DNA of 64,000 nucleotides, from the IMG/VR virus record IMGVR_UViG_3300044843_001102; one strand, given 5' to 3'. This document shows, one piece after another, positions 20,700 to 30,138 of the stretch. Below the pieces are notes generated by a model. The model was not told the origin of the DNA and did no database searches. It was given only the letters and a program-made list of their open reading frames with translations. The position numbers were made by a program, and so were the translations under genes. Within the stretch, counting starts at the first letter, position 1. Every line of letters starts with the position of its first letter. The DNA comes from an uncultured virus (IMG/VR IMGVR_UViG_3300044843_001102). Its lineage: Duplodnaviria; Heunggongvirae; Uroviricota; Caudoviricetes.

Positions 20700-22933
20700 T
20701 TAAGTATTCTCCAAGTTGCCCCGTCTAATTTAAATAACCTATTTTTCTTTTCTTCAATATATTCTTGATATTCTTGACCATCGCGACCTTTTAATGTTTG
20801 AGTAAGTCTTCTTTGCGATAAGTCTGCAGGAATATACCCGCCTTTATCTCTTAAAGATTTCATGTTTTCTATGATTTCTAACATTTTTTCTTTTCTCATT
20901 TCGTTTGCTTGTATAACAATCGATCTAAAAGCTTGAAAAATTTGAGCATAATTGTTATTTAAATAAGTTAAAAATTTAATAAATACTTCTCTATTTTTAT
21001 TTCTGTCTTGACCAGCGGTTAACTCTTCTTCATCATCGTATTGAATAATTGATCTAAATATGTAATAGTCTGCAATTGGTCCAATTTCCATGTTAAAATT
21101 AATATTAAACTTTGAAAGGTTATTTAAACCAGCTTGTAAATCAGATCCAGTTTTTTCTTGTGATAAAAATAAATCTGGTTGTTTTGGTGTAAATGAATTT
21201 CCACTAAGAAAGTTTTCTTTTATTTGAGAAACAGTGTTTAACATCGCCTCTTCTAAATAATCTCTTCTTATTGCATAGGTAATGTTAGGATCTCTATCAT
21301 AAAGTGTTGTATCAATTTTTTCTCTTGTTTCTTGAGGTTGTTGATTAACAATTTCATTTTTTATTTTTTCAAAATCATTTAGAAATCTCATTTCTTTTAA
21401 TCTTGTAAAAATAATTCCGTCTTTTATTTCAATATTTTCAAGTTTATTTAGATTTAAATTTTTTATTTTTTCAAAATATTCATTTTCTATAACTCCGTAA
21501 GTTATATATGCTGATTTAATAGATAACAAAGCCGATGAGTAATCTTCTTCAGCATAAAATAAATCGCGAGCAAATATTTCTAAACCATCTACGCTGGTTT
21601 CATAATCCTCATCTAAATCAATTAAAAATCTAAATTCTGGAAAATATTTTCCAGGTTCTTTTTCAAAATATTCTACACTCATGTCGCCACGAAACATATA
21701 TTTAAAATTAGTTAATTTATCTTGTACTAAATTTTCAACTGCTTTTGCTTTGGCAACATCAACTGCTTCGTTAAAATCAATTACAAATCTTGCAGTTGCA
21801 TTAACTATAATTTCTTCTTCTCCAACATCAACATCGGCAGATAGAGAAGCATGTTTGCTTTGATTATTAAAATTTTCTACTATTTCTGCAACTCTTCCTT
21901 CTACTTCTTCCCTTTCTGATGTAGATGCTCTATAACTTGTCTCATATTTAAACTTAAATTCATTTCCATAAAACTCTTCAAACAATTCTCTTCCTGGATG
22001 ATCTTGATATGATCCTCCGGTTAGAAAAAAATAATCCAATCTTACAACAGGATCTCTTGATTTGCTTACAACATCTTTAAGTTTCGATGTCATATCAGTT
22101 TGTTTTTGTTGAACAAAACTAGCAATTGCTTCGTAGAAACCTTCAAAAGATTGTCCATAAACTCTTTGCTCTGGTATTCCTAGTTCAATTCCTTGATATT
22201 TATCAGTTCCAACAAATCTTCTGATTCTTAATCTTGATAGAGGCTTGATACCAGAAACTTGTCTTTCCCAGTCGGCAAATATTTCTGCTTTTGTTAAATC
22301 AAGTCCTTGAACATCATCGTTATTAACAACGTATGCAATTGCTCCGCCATCAACCGCTTCTGAGACAGCACACTTAAAATAACTACCGTGTGTTCCGTGA
22401 CAAGAACTCCAACCATCATGATCAGACATTCTTAAAATATCCATTGGAACTCTAGAAATTATAATTGTATATTTTTTATTAAAATAAAATTCATTCTCTT
22501 TTGTTGTATAAAACTTATTATGTTTTTGCCAAAACTCACTTGCTTCTCTGCCCATTTTGGCGAACAAAGGACCAAGTCGTTCTTTTCTTTTTGTTTCAAA
22601 TGTTTTGCCACCATATTCAGATTTAACAATTTTTGTGGCATAACCAAATGGTTCATTAAAATCGATTGTCCAACCTTCGTTCCTTAACATATTGATATAT
22701 TCAATCATTTCGGCATCTCTGCCTGTATAATTCGTTCCCGTATTAAAAGGAATTAATATACGATTTTGCCCTTCAAATATGTGATTTAATTGAGTTGTTA
22801 CATCTTCTTTTTTAGAAATATAAGTTTGTAATTTTGTGCCTCTAAGTTTTTCACGAGTAATCTCATTTAATTGATTATCGATTGCTTCCAATAATTTTTG
22901 ATAAAGACTTTTCTTTTTCATATTAAATTCCAA
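20696..22933 (-). CDS. Large hypothetical phage protein
   Basis: 745 aa; SRVPMDILRMS..GWSSCH motif. Confidence 0.55.
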   Translation of the reverse strand: MEFNMKKKSLYQKLLEAIDNQLNEITREKLRGTKLQTYISKKEDVTTQLNHIFEGQNRILIPFNTGTNYTGRDAEMIEYINMLRNEGWTIDFNEPFGYATKIVKSEYGGKTFETKRKERLGPLFAKMGREASEFWQKHNKFYTTKENEFYFNKKYTIIISRVPMDILRMSDHDGWSSCHGTHGSYFKCAVSEAVDGGAIAYVVNNDDVQGLDLTKAEIFADWERQVSGIKPLSRLRIRRFVGTDKYQGIELGIPEQRVYGQSFEGFYEAIASFVQQKQTDMTSKLKDVVSKSRDPVVRLDYFFLTGGSYQDHPGRELFEEFYGNEFKFKYETSYRASTSEREEVEGRVAEIVENFNNQSKHASLSADVDVGEEEIIVNATARFVIDFNEAVDVAKAKAVENLVQDKLTNFKYMFRGDMSVEYFEKEPGKYFPEFRFLIDLDEDYETSVDGLEIFARDLFYAEEDYSSALLSIKSAYITYGVIENEYFEKIKNLNLNKLENIEIKDGIIFTRLKEMRFLNDFEKIKNEIVNQQPQETREKIDTTLYDRDPNITYAIRRDYLEEAMLNTVSQIKENFLSGNSFTPKQPDLFLSQEKTGSDLQAGLNNLSKFNINFNMEIGPIADYYIFRSIIQYDDEEELTAGQDRNKNREVFIKFLTYLNNNYAQIFQAFRSIVIQANEMRKEKMLEIIENMKSLRDKGGYIPADLSQRRLTQTLKGRDGQEYQEYIEEKKNRLFKLDGATWRILK

Positions 22934-23659
22934 TTAAAATTTTCTTAAAAATCTTGACAACATATCTTCTTCTGGTTCTTTTGGATCAGATTTTTGAGGA
23001 GAAGCAGAAGAAATCGGTTTAATTTCCCCTGGAGGAGTTACTGTTCCCTTACTAATATTTCCTGAACCAGGAATTAAATACATATTTAATTCTTCTCTTC
23101 TTCTCTTTTTTAATCCTAAAGAAACTTTTCCTCCAACAGTTGCAACTTCATCAGATAAAAAAAGATCTTTTACTTTTGGATCATCTGGATTTAAACTTGC
23201 TACCGTAAACAATTCTGTGTCTAAAAATCCTTTATTTCCCATATTATACATAACAGAGGCAAGAGCATCTATTTGATTTTGTGTCAATGGTTTATCTTTA
23301 AGGTATCGATTCAAACTAGGCATAACAATCTGGTTTAAATAATCAAGCATTAATTGATTTGCTTGTTGCTCTGTTACTGGTTTGTCATCTAATGTAACAG
23401 CAACTTCTTTACCATTTTTTACATAATAAGTTGTCCCATAACCAATTGTTGGTCTATCGCCCTTCTTTTGATATGGACTACTTTTAAATGCCTCTCTTGA
23501 TTTTAAAAAGGAAATTAATTTTGGACTATAAGTATATGAGAATTTACCAGGAGTTGGAGCCTGTGGGGTTTTAACTTGTGGTTTAACTTTTGGTTTGATT
23601 TGTGGTTTAACTTCGTTTAAAATATGTTTATGCCATTCTGTTAATAATTGTTTCATCAT
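22934..23659 (-). CDS. GH24 lysozyme (muramidase)
   Basis: E..Y....PTIGYG, NQIDALAS..YNMG, GLKKRRREE. Confidence 0.9.
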   Translation of the reverse strand: MMKQLLTEWHKHILNEVKPQIKPKVKPQVKTPQAPTPGKFSYTYSPKLISFLKSREAFKSSPYQKKGDRPTIGYGTTYYVKNGKEVAVTLDDKPVTEQQANQLMLDYLNQIVMPSLNRYLKDKPLTQNQIDALASVMYNMGNKGFLDTELFTVASLNPDDPKVKDLFLSDEVATVGGKVSLGLKKRRREELNMYLIPGSGNISKGTVTPPGEIKPISSASPQKSDPKEPEEDMLSRFLRKF

Positions 23660-23760
23660 ACCAATAAATAGTCAAAGAACCTAGAAACAGGATAAAAGTC
23701 AAAGACCAAAATCGCGAAATTTTTCCAAAAATTTTTTTTGAATTTGTTTATTAAAATTTG

Positions 23761-24351
23761 TTATTGTTGCTGCGCTTTTCTCGCAAGATCTGTTATTGCT
23801 CTTGAAATTGCAGCATCTCTTGCAAGACCAAAATTTTTCATACCAGACACCTTGCCAACACCAACTATTCCTGGTGCATCTGGACTTGTAACCGTAGCTG
23901 TTACAGTACCATCATCGTCCACTTTTATTTCTGGTGAGTCAATCCTGCCTTTAAATCTATATTCAGTTACTTTTGGCTGTGAGGCTGGTTGATCTTTTGC
24001 TTGTTCTTGCGCTTGTGTTGAAGGTTTGGAACGAATTGAATTCAAGAATTTTGCAACATCCATGTTTCCATAACCTTTCCAAAAATTAAACAATTCAGGA
24101 TCTTGTTGTGCTGTATCCCTTGCTTTATTTAACGCAATTGTTGAAACCTTTTGACTTAATGCTGATTTGGGATTTGTTCTATAAGCAACAAGTTCATTAA
24201 TTGCTGGTTCAATAGAAGATAATTTATTTGGATTATCTTTTACATATGTCATCAAATATCCAAGAGCACTAGCAATGACATCTTGACTTGGAGCTTGTTG
24301 AGCAGTTTGCTCGTTAATATATTTTCTCCACTCAGCAATTAATTCTTTCAT
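23761..24351 (-). CDS. Hypothetical protein with the shared N-terminal leader
   Basis: MKELIAEWRKYINE start. Confidence 0.55.
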   Translation of the reverse strand: MKELIAEWRKYINEQTAQQAPSQDVIASALGYLMTYVKDNPNKLSSIEPAINELVAYRTNPKSALSQKVSTIALNKARDTAQQDPELFNFWKGYGNMDVAKFLNSIRSKPSTQAQEQAKDQPASQPKVTEYRFKGRIDSPEIKVDDDGTVTATVTSPDAPGIVGVGKVSGMKNFGLARDAAISRAITDLARKAQQQ

Positions 24352-24376
24352 TTAAAATACCTCTTTGTATAAATAG

Positions 24377-24907
24377 TTATATTTTTTTATAGTTCTTGTT
24401 TCTAAAAACCTCACAATCAACATAATTACAATAATTATCGGTTGTTTCATAACCGCGCTTTTTTAACATTTTAACAGGAACTCTTGAAGCAACAAGTTTT
24501 TTCCAATGTCCAGAATTTTCCAATGCTTTATCAATAACTTTGCTTGCCAAATCAAGACCACGATACCAAGAATCTACATATACATTTATCAAACCATATG
24601 GACTATACTTATCCTGTGTTATAGCAGCAATTGCAACAGGTCGATCTCCATCATATGCAACCGCAGCAATATCATTTTCTCCAGGATTTAAATATGCATC
24701 TGTTTGCAAAGACCAACTTGGAACTCTTAATTTTTTTATCTTTTTATCATCTACCAATAAGTCTCTTAACTTTCCAAACTTAATTTTAAAATCAACTTTG
24801 TTTATGTCGAATCCTGGAAATCTTGGATATTTTTGTTCCTCCGGAACGACCACATCCGTTAATTCCTCATTGACATACTTTCTCCACTCTGTTAAAATTT
24901 GTTTCAT
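24377..24907 (-). CDS. GNAT acetyltransferase
   Basis: VYVDSWYRGLDLASKVI acetyl-CoA motif A. Confidence 0.7.
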   Translation of the reverse strand: MKQILTEWRKYVNEELTDVVVPEEQKYPRFPGFDINKVDFKIKFGKLRDLLVDDKKIKKLRVPSWSLQTDAYLNPGENDIAAVAYDGDRPVAIAAITQDKYSPYGLINVYVDSWYRGLDLASKVIDKALENSGHWKKLVASRVPVKMLKKRGYETTDNYCNYVDCEVFRNKNYKKI

Positions 24908-25524
24908 TATTTAAGTCCAATTAGTGTTAAACAAAGATCATCATTATTTCTAAAATAATTTATGTTCTGAATTTCTTGAGGTGCTCCTACATATTTTTTA
25001 ATAAGATTTTGTTCAAGAACGTTTATATTTTGTTCCACCCAATCTGGATACTCTTGATTTGGAAATTGTTTTTTATATTTATTGTATTCTTGATTAATAG
25101 CAATTAATATAGTATTATTAATTTGTGCATAATTATAAGCAGTTCTTGGATCTCTTGGACACTTTGCTTTTAATTCTTTAAGATATTGTTCTGGTTCCAA
25201 GATTTCAGATCCCGATTCTTGTTCATATGCAAAAATTGATTTTGAATCATTTAGCATTTCCAAAACTTTTTTTATATTTTCTGGTTTAAAGTATGATTCT
25301 TGTTTTGCAACACTTGCTTGTTTAGGATCTGGTTCAAACATTGTTACAACAATTTTCTTACCATTCTTCTTTTGAAGGAACTTCATGCAAGTTCCTTTTT
25401 GACCCTTATAAGCACAAGTTGTAGGAGAAAGATCTGAGTCTCTTGTTTCTGGTTCTTCTTTGATTCGAATCCAATTCTCTTTGAGAATAAAATTACGCCA
25501 CTCTGTTAATAATGATTTCATCAT
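24907..25524 (-). CDS. Hypothetical protein with the shared N-terminal leader
   Basis: MMKSLLTEWRNFILKE start; ACTATTTA upstream. Confidence 0.55.
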   Translation of the reverse strand: MMKSLLTEWRNFILKENWIRIKEEPETRDSDLSPTTCAYKGQKGTCMKFLQKKNGKKIVVTMFEPDPKQASVAKQESYFKPENIKKVLEMLNDSKSIFAYEQESGSEILEPEQYLKELKAKCPRDPRTAYNYAQINNTILIAINQEYNKYKKQFPNQEYPDWVEQNINVLEQNLIKKYVGAPQEIQNINYFRNNDDLCLTLIGLK

Positions 25525-25847
25525 AGATTAAATAGTGTGAGACTTGACAAAAAAGTTCAAATCTGGGAAAATTATAGGCGCGTTGAAAGAGGGTCAAGCA
25601 AACCGTTTATTCGCGATACTGCGCCTTGAAACATAAATTCCGGTTTCCATTCGGTTTAGAAGGGGGAGGGGGAGGGGGCATTGTTTGTGCCCTGAACGAT
25701 GTTTGACTTTGCTGCAATGCTTTGCTGTTAAACGTTTATTCATTAATCATTTAATCGAAATGAATATTCCTTATGCTGGTCTGCAATGTTTAAACAGGGT
25801 TGATTAACATTTCGCTAGGCGCTGATAGAACCTTATCACACGTTTGG

Positions 25848-25876
25848 TTGACAACCTTAACCGTTTGTTATATAAT
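25848..25876 (+). promoter_or_regulatory. Perfect-consensus sigma70 promoter on the plus (non-coding) strand
   Basis: TTGACA-17-TATAAT. Confidence 0.85.
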
Positions 25877-26100
25877 GCGTTGTGCCCTGAGGTATTCAAC
25901 TTTCGCTGGGTGTTAGAAAGAAACGTAATCGTTGTCCACCCATAATCTACCCTTGACTGAATAGATGAAGTGTGATACCCTATGGCGGAGGGGTCATGCT
26001 TGATAATACAGATCCAGGGGTCTAGTCCATACCCACTGTTTGGGTGCCTCCGCCTATGCTGTTCACCTACCCGTGGTAGAGGAGTGTTGCTATGTAATCC

Positions 26101-26268
26101 AGCAGGGGAGCAGTACCACATGCATAATAACGCATTTAACGATGGTTGTCAACAGGTCGGGATAGTGTATTTGGCTGGTTCACTGGTCATCCATTTCCTG
26201 CCCATTATCTATTCTCTCCTACCACGATTATTTAACAGCATCGTTTAGGCTTCTCTATCTCCCCTGCT
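26101..26268 (+). ncRNA. Candidate rod-shaped ncRNA (6S-like architecture)
   Basis: AGCAGGGGAG/CTCCCCTGCT closing stem; inner AACGATG/CATCGTT and GGATAGTG/CATTATCT stems with plus-strand G-U pairs. Confidence 0.45.
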
Positions 26269-27370
26269 ATCTACTGATTACCTATTCGTATACCATGTGT
26301 GAATGTATGTGATAGTGCAATCTATCTAACACCATTTACTTACCCTCTGACTTCTTCTTTGGTCTAGGTGGTTCTGGTGTCTTTGGATAGGGATAGGTTA
26401 CTCGTTTATCCAGCAGGACTGATTGCTTATCTACTTTCTCTACCCACTGGTTTAGTTTGTGCATGTGGTATGCCATCCATCCCATGGGAATGAATACAAC
26501 AATGCTGAGACCGATAATGAGAATGAGTTCGTTCCTAGTCATGCGATTGTTCCTCCCTCAGTAGATTGAGTGTGTGTCTTGCAATGTTCTCTGCCATTGA
26601 AAACTCACCCTCATTCATTCTAGTGTTTGCTCTTTCTCTATCCGCAAGGTAACGTGCTAGGTCAAGGATCAAATACAAACTCTTCTTATCTTCCAGTGCC
26701 ATGTTTATTCCTCCCGATTGGTTGTTATGGTTCATCTATTCGTTATAGGCTTCCGTCTTCCATTTCATCGGAGTAGTCCCATTCTTCATCGTCATCAATG
26801 TCATAGGGATACTGGTCGTCGTTCCACCCTTCTTCTTCCACGAATAGATGTTCGCGACATAGCTTACCATTCTGATCAATATACAAACGATCGTAATGCT
26901 GTCCTCTTGCTTCCGCAAGGAACTTGTATTGTTCGATATGACGGCGCATCCATGCGATCATTTGACACCTCCGTTTAATGATTTGATTGCGCTGTATAGA
27001 AAGCCAACCACAACCCCAACGAATAGCACGGGCCAGAATAGACCGAGAACAGAAATGGCAAAGAGTTTATCCCTTGCTTTGTATTGCGAATAATCCTTCG
27101 TATTCTCTGATAGATCAATCGCGACGTAGCAAGTCGTAATCAGCACACATAGGGCATACATTGTATAGAAAGACATTCGCTATCTCCGTTTATCTATCCT
27201 GCCCACAGGTGGTCAAGAGTATCTGAATAATCGAAACCGATCTCATCATCGTTTGAACGTGAAACATCAACGGATGGATCATAGTCGTTGTCCTCGCAGT
27301 AATCATATGCATATTCAAACAACTCGATTAGATCATTTCCATTCATGTTTCCCCCATTCACGATTGTTCG

Positions 27371-27448
27371 TGGTGCCAGCAGGTGGACTCGAACCACCAT
27401 CACAATCCATACCAAGGATTGGCTCTATTCCAATTAAGCTATGCTGGC
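27371..27448 (-). tRNA. tRNA-Thr(GGT)
   Basis: Cloverleaf, anticodon loop TTGGTAT, encoded CCA. Confidence 0.9.
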
Positions 27449-27454
27449 GAATGT

Positions 27455-27531
27455 GCTAGGGCAGGACTTACAGAACCGTACATTCCAATCGGGTTCATGC
27501 CTAATACCATTGGGTTCGTGGTTGCCCTAGC
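27455..27531 (-). ncRNA. Candidate 77-nt structured RNA containing CCGAUUGGAA
   Basis: GCTAGGGCA/TGCCCTAGC closing stem between a promoter and tRNA-Thr. Confidence 0.5.
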
Positions 27532-27544
27532 GATCGTGGGAATG

Positions 27545-27573
27545 ATTATAGCAAGTCCCACGATTTCTGTCAA
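27545..27573 (-). promoter_or_regulatory. Perfect-consensus sigma70 promoter
   Basis: TTGACA-17-TATAAT; 9-bp inverted repeat ATCGTGGGA/TCCCACGAT flanks the -10 box. Confidence 0.85.
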
Positions 27574-27917
27574 GCTCGATTCTCAACCTTCGTTGCCACC
27601 AAACCAATGGACATGGTGAGCGGAAGGATGGAAAGCATAAGCAGAAGCAGTTGAGAGGTATTCATTGTTCGTCCTATCTGTTTAGGTGTTTATTCTTTCT
27701 CGGACATATAAAGAGTGAAGGAAGCCCAAACGAAAGTGACTCCGATCACAAGCAACCAATCCATTCTATCCTCCCGCAGTCTATTGAATGAACCAAACCC
27801 ACTTTGGACTGTAACGGCTGGATACTGTTCGATGAACCAAGCCACCGCTGAAATGTGTGATTACTTTATTGTAGGTCGGCACTTTCAATTTGAACGTCAT
27901 GTTGTCTCCTTCGTGTG

Positions 27918-27994
27918 TGGTAGGGGCAGGTGGACTTGAACCACCGACTTTCGCCTTATCAGAGCGATGCTCTAACCAACTGAACTATGCCCCT
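27918..27994 (-). tRNA. tRNA-Ile(GAT)
   Basis: Cloverleaf, loop CTGATAA, CCA. Confidence 0.92.
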
Positions 27995-28562
27995 GTTGAG
28001 TCTGCTGAATATTCACAAACACTTCATCAAACGTTCCATCAAATACCTTTGTGCAGTTGGATGTGATCTGTGGACTCAGCGCACCCCATCCAATGCGTGG
28101 GCGACGTTGAGCTTTGCATTGATCGCCATACGTTTGCTTCTTGCTAATCTGCACGGCTTCCCATAGCGGGTCATTGTTTGCAAGCGAAACACCATACATA
28201 ACGAAACGATCATTCCGCCAATCTGTTGCATCAAGGAACAGTAGCGTATCCCATGCTTCGGTTGGACCGAATGAGATCGGGCCAGTTGAAGTGAAACACT
28301 TGACTTCCAGCCTGCCGAATGAATCTGAACGGAGATCGCCTGGAAGTTTGACCTTTCCCTTCGTGCCCTTGGGCCACAACGCAGTCTGATCATTCATATG
28401 ATTCTGAACGATAAACTTGGCGATGTTTTCGCTAACTTCCTCTGGCATGTTGGGCAATCGGCTTTTCAATCCAAGCCTCTTGTTTCGTTTCTCAATTTTC
28501 AGTGCATAGTCCTTGAAGTCTGCAAACGACTCTCTCAGTTCTGCCTCTGTGTAAACATCCAT
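27972..28562 (-). CDS. Bsp6I-family type II restriction endonuclease-like protein
   Basis: R.PNMPE.VSEN, GD...EVK (PD-D/ExK), SFGP...WD.L.F, TYGDQ...QRRPR recalled as family motifs. Confidence 0.7.
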   Translation of the reverse strand: MDVYTEAELRESFADFKDYALKIEKRNKRLGLKSRLPNMPEEVSENIAKFIVQNHMNDQTALWPKGTKGKVKLPGDLRSDSFGRLEVKCFTSTGPISFGPTEAWDTLLFLDATDWRNDRFVMYGVSLANNDPLWEAVQISKKQTYGDQCKAQRRPRIGWGALSPQITSNCTKVFDGTFDEVFVNIQQTQQGHSSVG

Positions 28563-28600
28563 TCGTATCTCCGCTCGGTCTATTGTTTATTCATTATCGG

Positions 28601-28672
28601 TGACCTTGCCGGGACTCGAACCCGGATTTAGAGATTGAAAGTCTCTCGTCCTAACCTTTGGACGACAAGGCC
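28601..28672 (-). tRNA. tRNA-Glu(TTC)
   Basis: Cloverleaf, loop CTTTCAA; CCA not encoded. Confidence 0.9.
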
Positions 28673-29194
28673 GATTGTGGGATTGTTAGTCCCGTTTGTT
28701 CCTACCACTTGAAACCAATGACTCTTTGCTCTTGCGACTTCGCTAGAAGTTCCTGCCTTTTCTTGTATTCAGAAACCGCTTTAGTCCAGTCTTCCTTTTC
28801 CTGAACAACTGTTTCACGAACCTTGTCCTTGATCTGCTTCACCACTTTAGTTGCATCCATCATTTACCTCAATCAGTTGGGGAGTTGGTGCTCGAATAGA
28901 AGTTCGCCCTGTGGACTCTGAATGATTTTTACCTTGCCCGACAGAACGAGAGACACAAGGGCAACACCAATCTGAAACTTGTTCTCGTCCTTTTCTACTT
29001 CAGTTTCCCGTAGCAGTCTAGCGAACAAAGGATCATGCTTGTTATGAAAATCAATCAGTTCTTCATTCGTGTGAACATCATACATGATGACCTCCTGCAT
29101 TTGTTAGTCCCAGAAACTTTCGTCGTAGATCCAAGAACGAAGTTGCCAATCAATAACGATCATTTGTTCCCTCCGTCTATTGTTTATTCGTATC

Positions 29195-29270
29195 TGGTGG
29201 ATCAGGAGGGGATCGAACCCACGACCTACGGATTAAGAGTCCGCTGCTCTACCGACTGAGCTACTGATCC
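29195..29270 (-). tRNA. tRNA-Lys(CTT)
   Basis: Cloverleaf, loop CTCTTAA, CCA. Confidence 0.93.
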
Positions 29271-29281
29271 ATTTATTCGTT

Positions 29282-29357
29282 TGGCTCCCCGAGTGTGAAT
29301 CGAACACACGACAAAGTGATTAACAGTCACTCGCTCTACCAACTGAGCTATCGGGAA
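29282..29357 (-). tRNA. tRNA-Asn(GTT)
   Basis: Cloverleaf, loop CTGTTAA, G73, CCA. Confidence 0.92.
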
Positions 29358-29373
29358 ATTGAACACCTATTCA

Positions 29374-29694
29374 CTACACAGAGCGAATGGCGTCGATGAC
29401 ATCTTGAATATTCGATGTATTGTAAACCACCTTGCTGAAGATTTCGACAACCCGATGTGTATCGGCCAGTTGATCGTTGAGGTCATCCAGTTTGCCGTTC
29501 ATAACCCACCGACGAATGTCCATTCGTTGGAGTTCGCCATCATCGCGATTTTCCATATCGTCAAGTTCCATACAACGATCACTAATATCGTTACACTTGA
29601 CTTCCGTCTCTTCGATTTCCTGTCGCAGGGCGATCATGTGTTCCTGCGCCTTTTGCATAACCTCAGCAATCGTCATCTTGCTTGCATCAAACAT
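29374..29694 (-). CDS. Hypothetical coiled-coil protein
   Basis: GGAGG RBS, 106 aa. Confidence 0.6.
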   Translation of the reverse strand: MFDASKMTIAEVMQKAQEHMIALRQEIEETEVKCNDISDRCMELDDMENRDDGELQRMDIRRWVMNGKLDDLNDQLADTHRVVEIFSKVVYNTSNIQDVIDAIRSV

Positions 29695-29941
29695 ATGGAA
29701 CCTCCGTCTATTGATTGGGTGTTATGGGCGAACCCAACCACGCTGAAGCAACTCCCTTACCTGATTATCAAATAGCCTTGCATTTTCTTGTTGAACTTTG
29801 CGAACCAACGCAACATCGCTGGGGTTTTCGGATTCGTAAATGCTTTCGCTAAGGTTTACCTGTTCAATCCAGAACTGTTTGAACCGCTTGGTATCTTTGT
29901 GAATGAAACAGAACAGCATTGTGAAACCTCTGTCTATTGAT

Positions 29942-30016
29942 TGGCTTGCACAAGCGGGAGTCGAACCCGCATCACGCGTATATTCACGCGCACTTTCCAT
30001 TTAGACGATTGTGCAA
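29942..30016 (-). ncRNA. tRNA-like RNA with aberrant anticodon loop and extended acceptor stem
   Basis: Perfect T-arm GCGGG-TTCGACT-CCCGC, 8-bp TTGCACAA/TTGTGCAA stem, GCCA end; CGCGT-GAATAT-ACGCG with a 6- or 8-nt loop. Confidence 0.7.
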
Positions 30017-30019
30017 GTA

Positions 30020-30128
30020 GCCGTGCTTGTCATCCACGGTTGGATGGGTTAGCTTCCAATCGGCGTAACCGTCGCCTGCTGTGCTGTTCAACCACAGCGG
30101 GATGGGTTCACTTCCAATCGGTGGAACC
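30020..30128 (-). ncRNA. Two tandem copies of a two-hairpin RNA motif (CCGAUUGGAA loop)
   Basis: Compensatory stem changes between the copies; conserved loop, bulged C and CATCC linker. Confidence 0.6.
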
Positions 30129-30138
30129 ACACCGCGAA

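Noticed and set aside
19779..24377. T4-type TATAAATA late promoters
   Set aside because: They are on the strand opposite the genes; the consistent gene-strand motif is ACTATTTA
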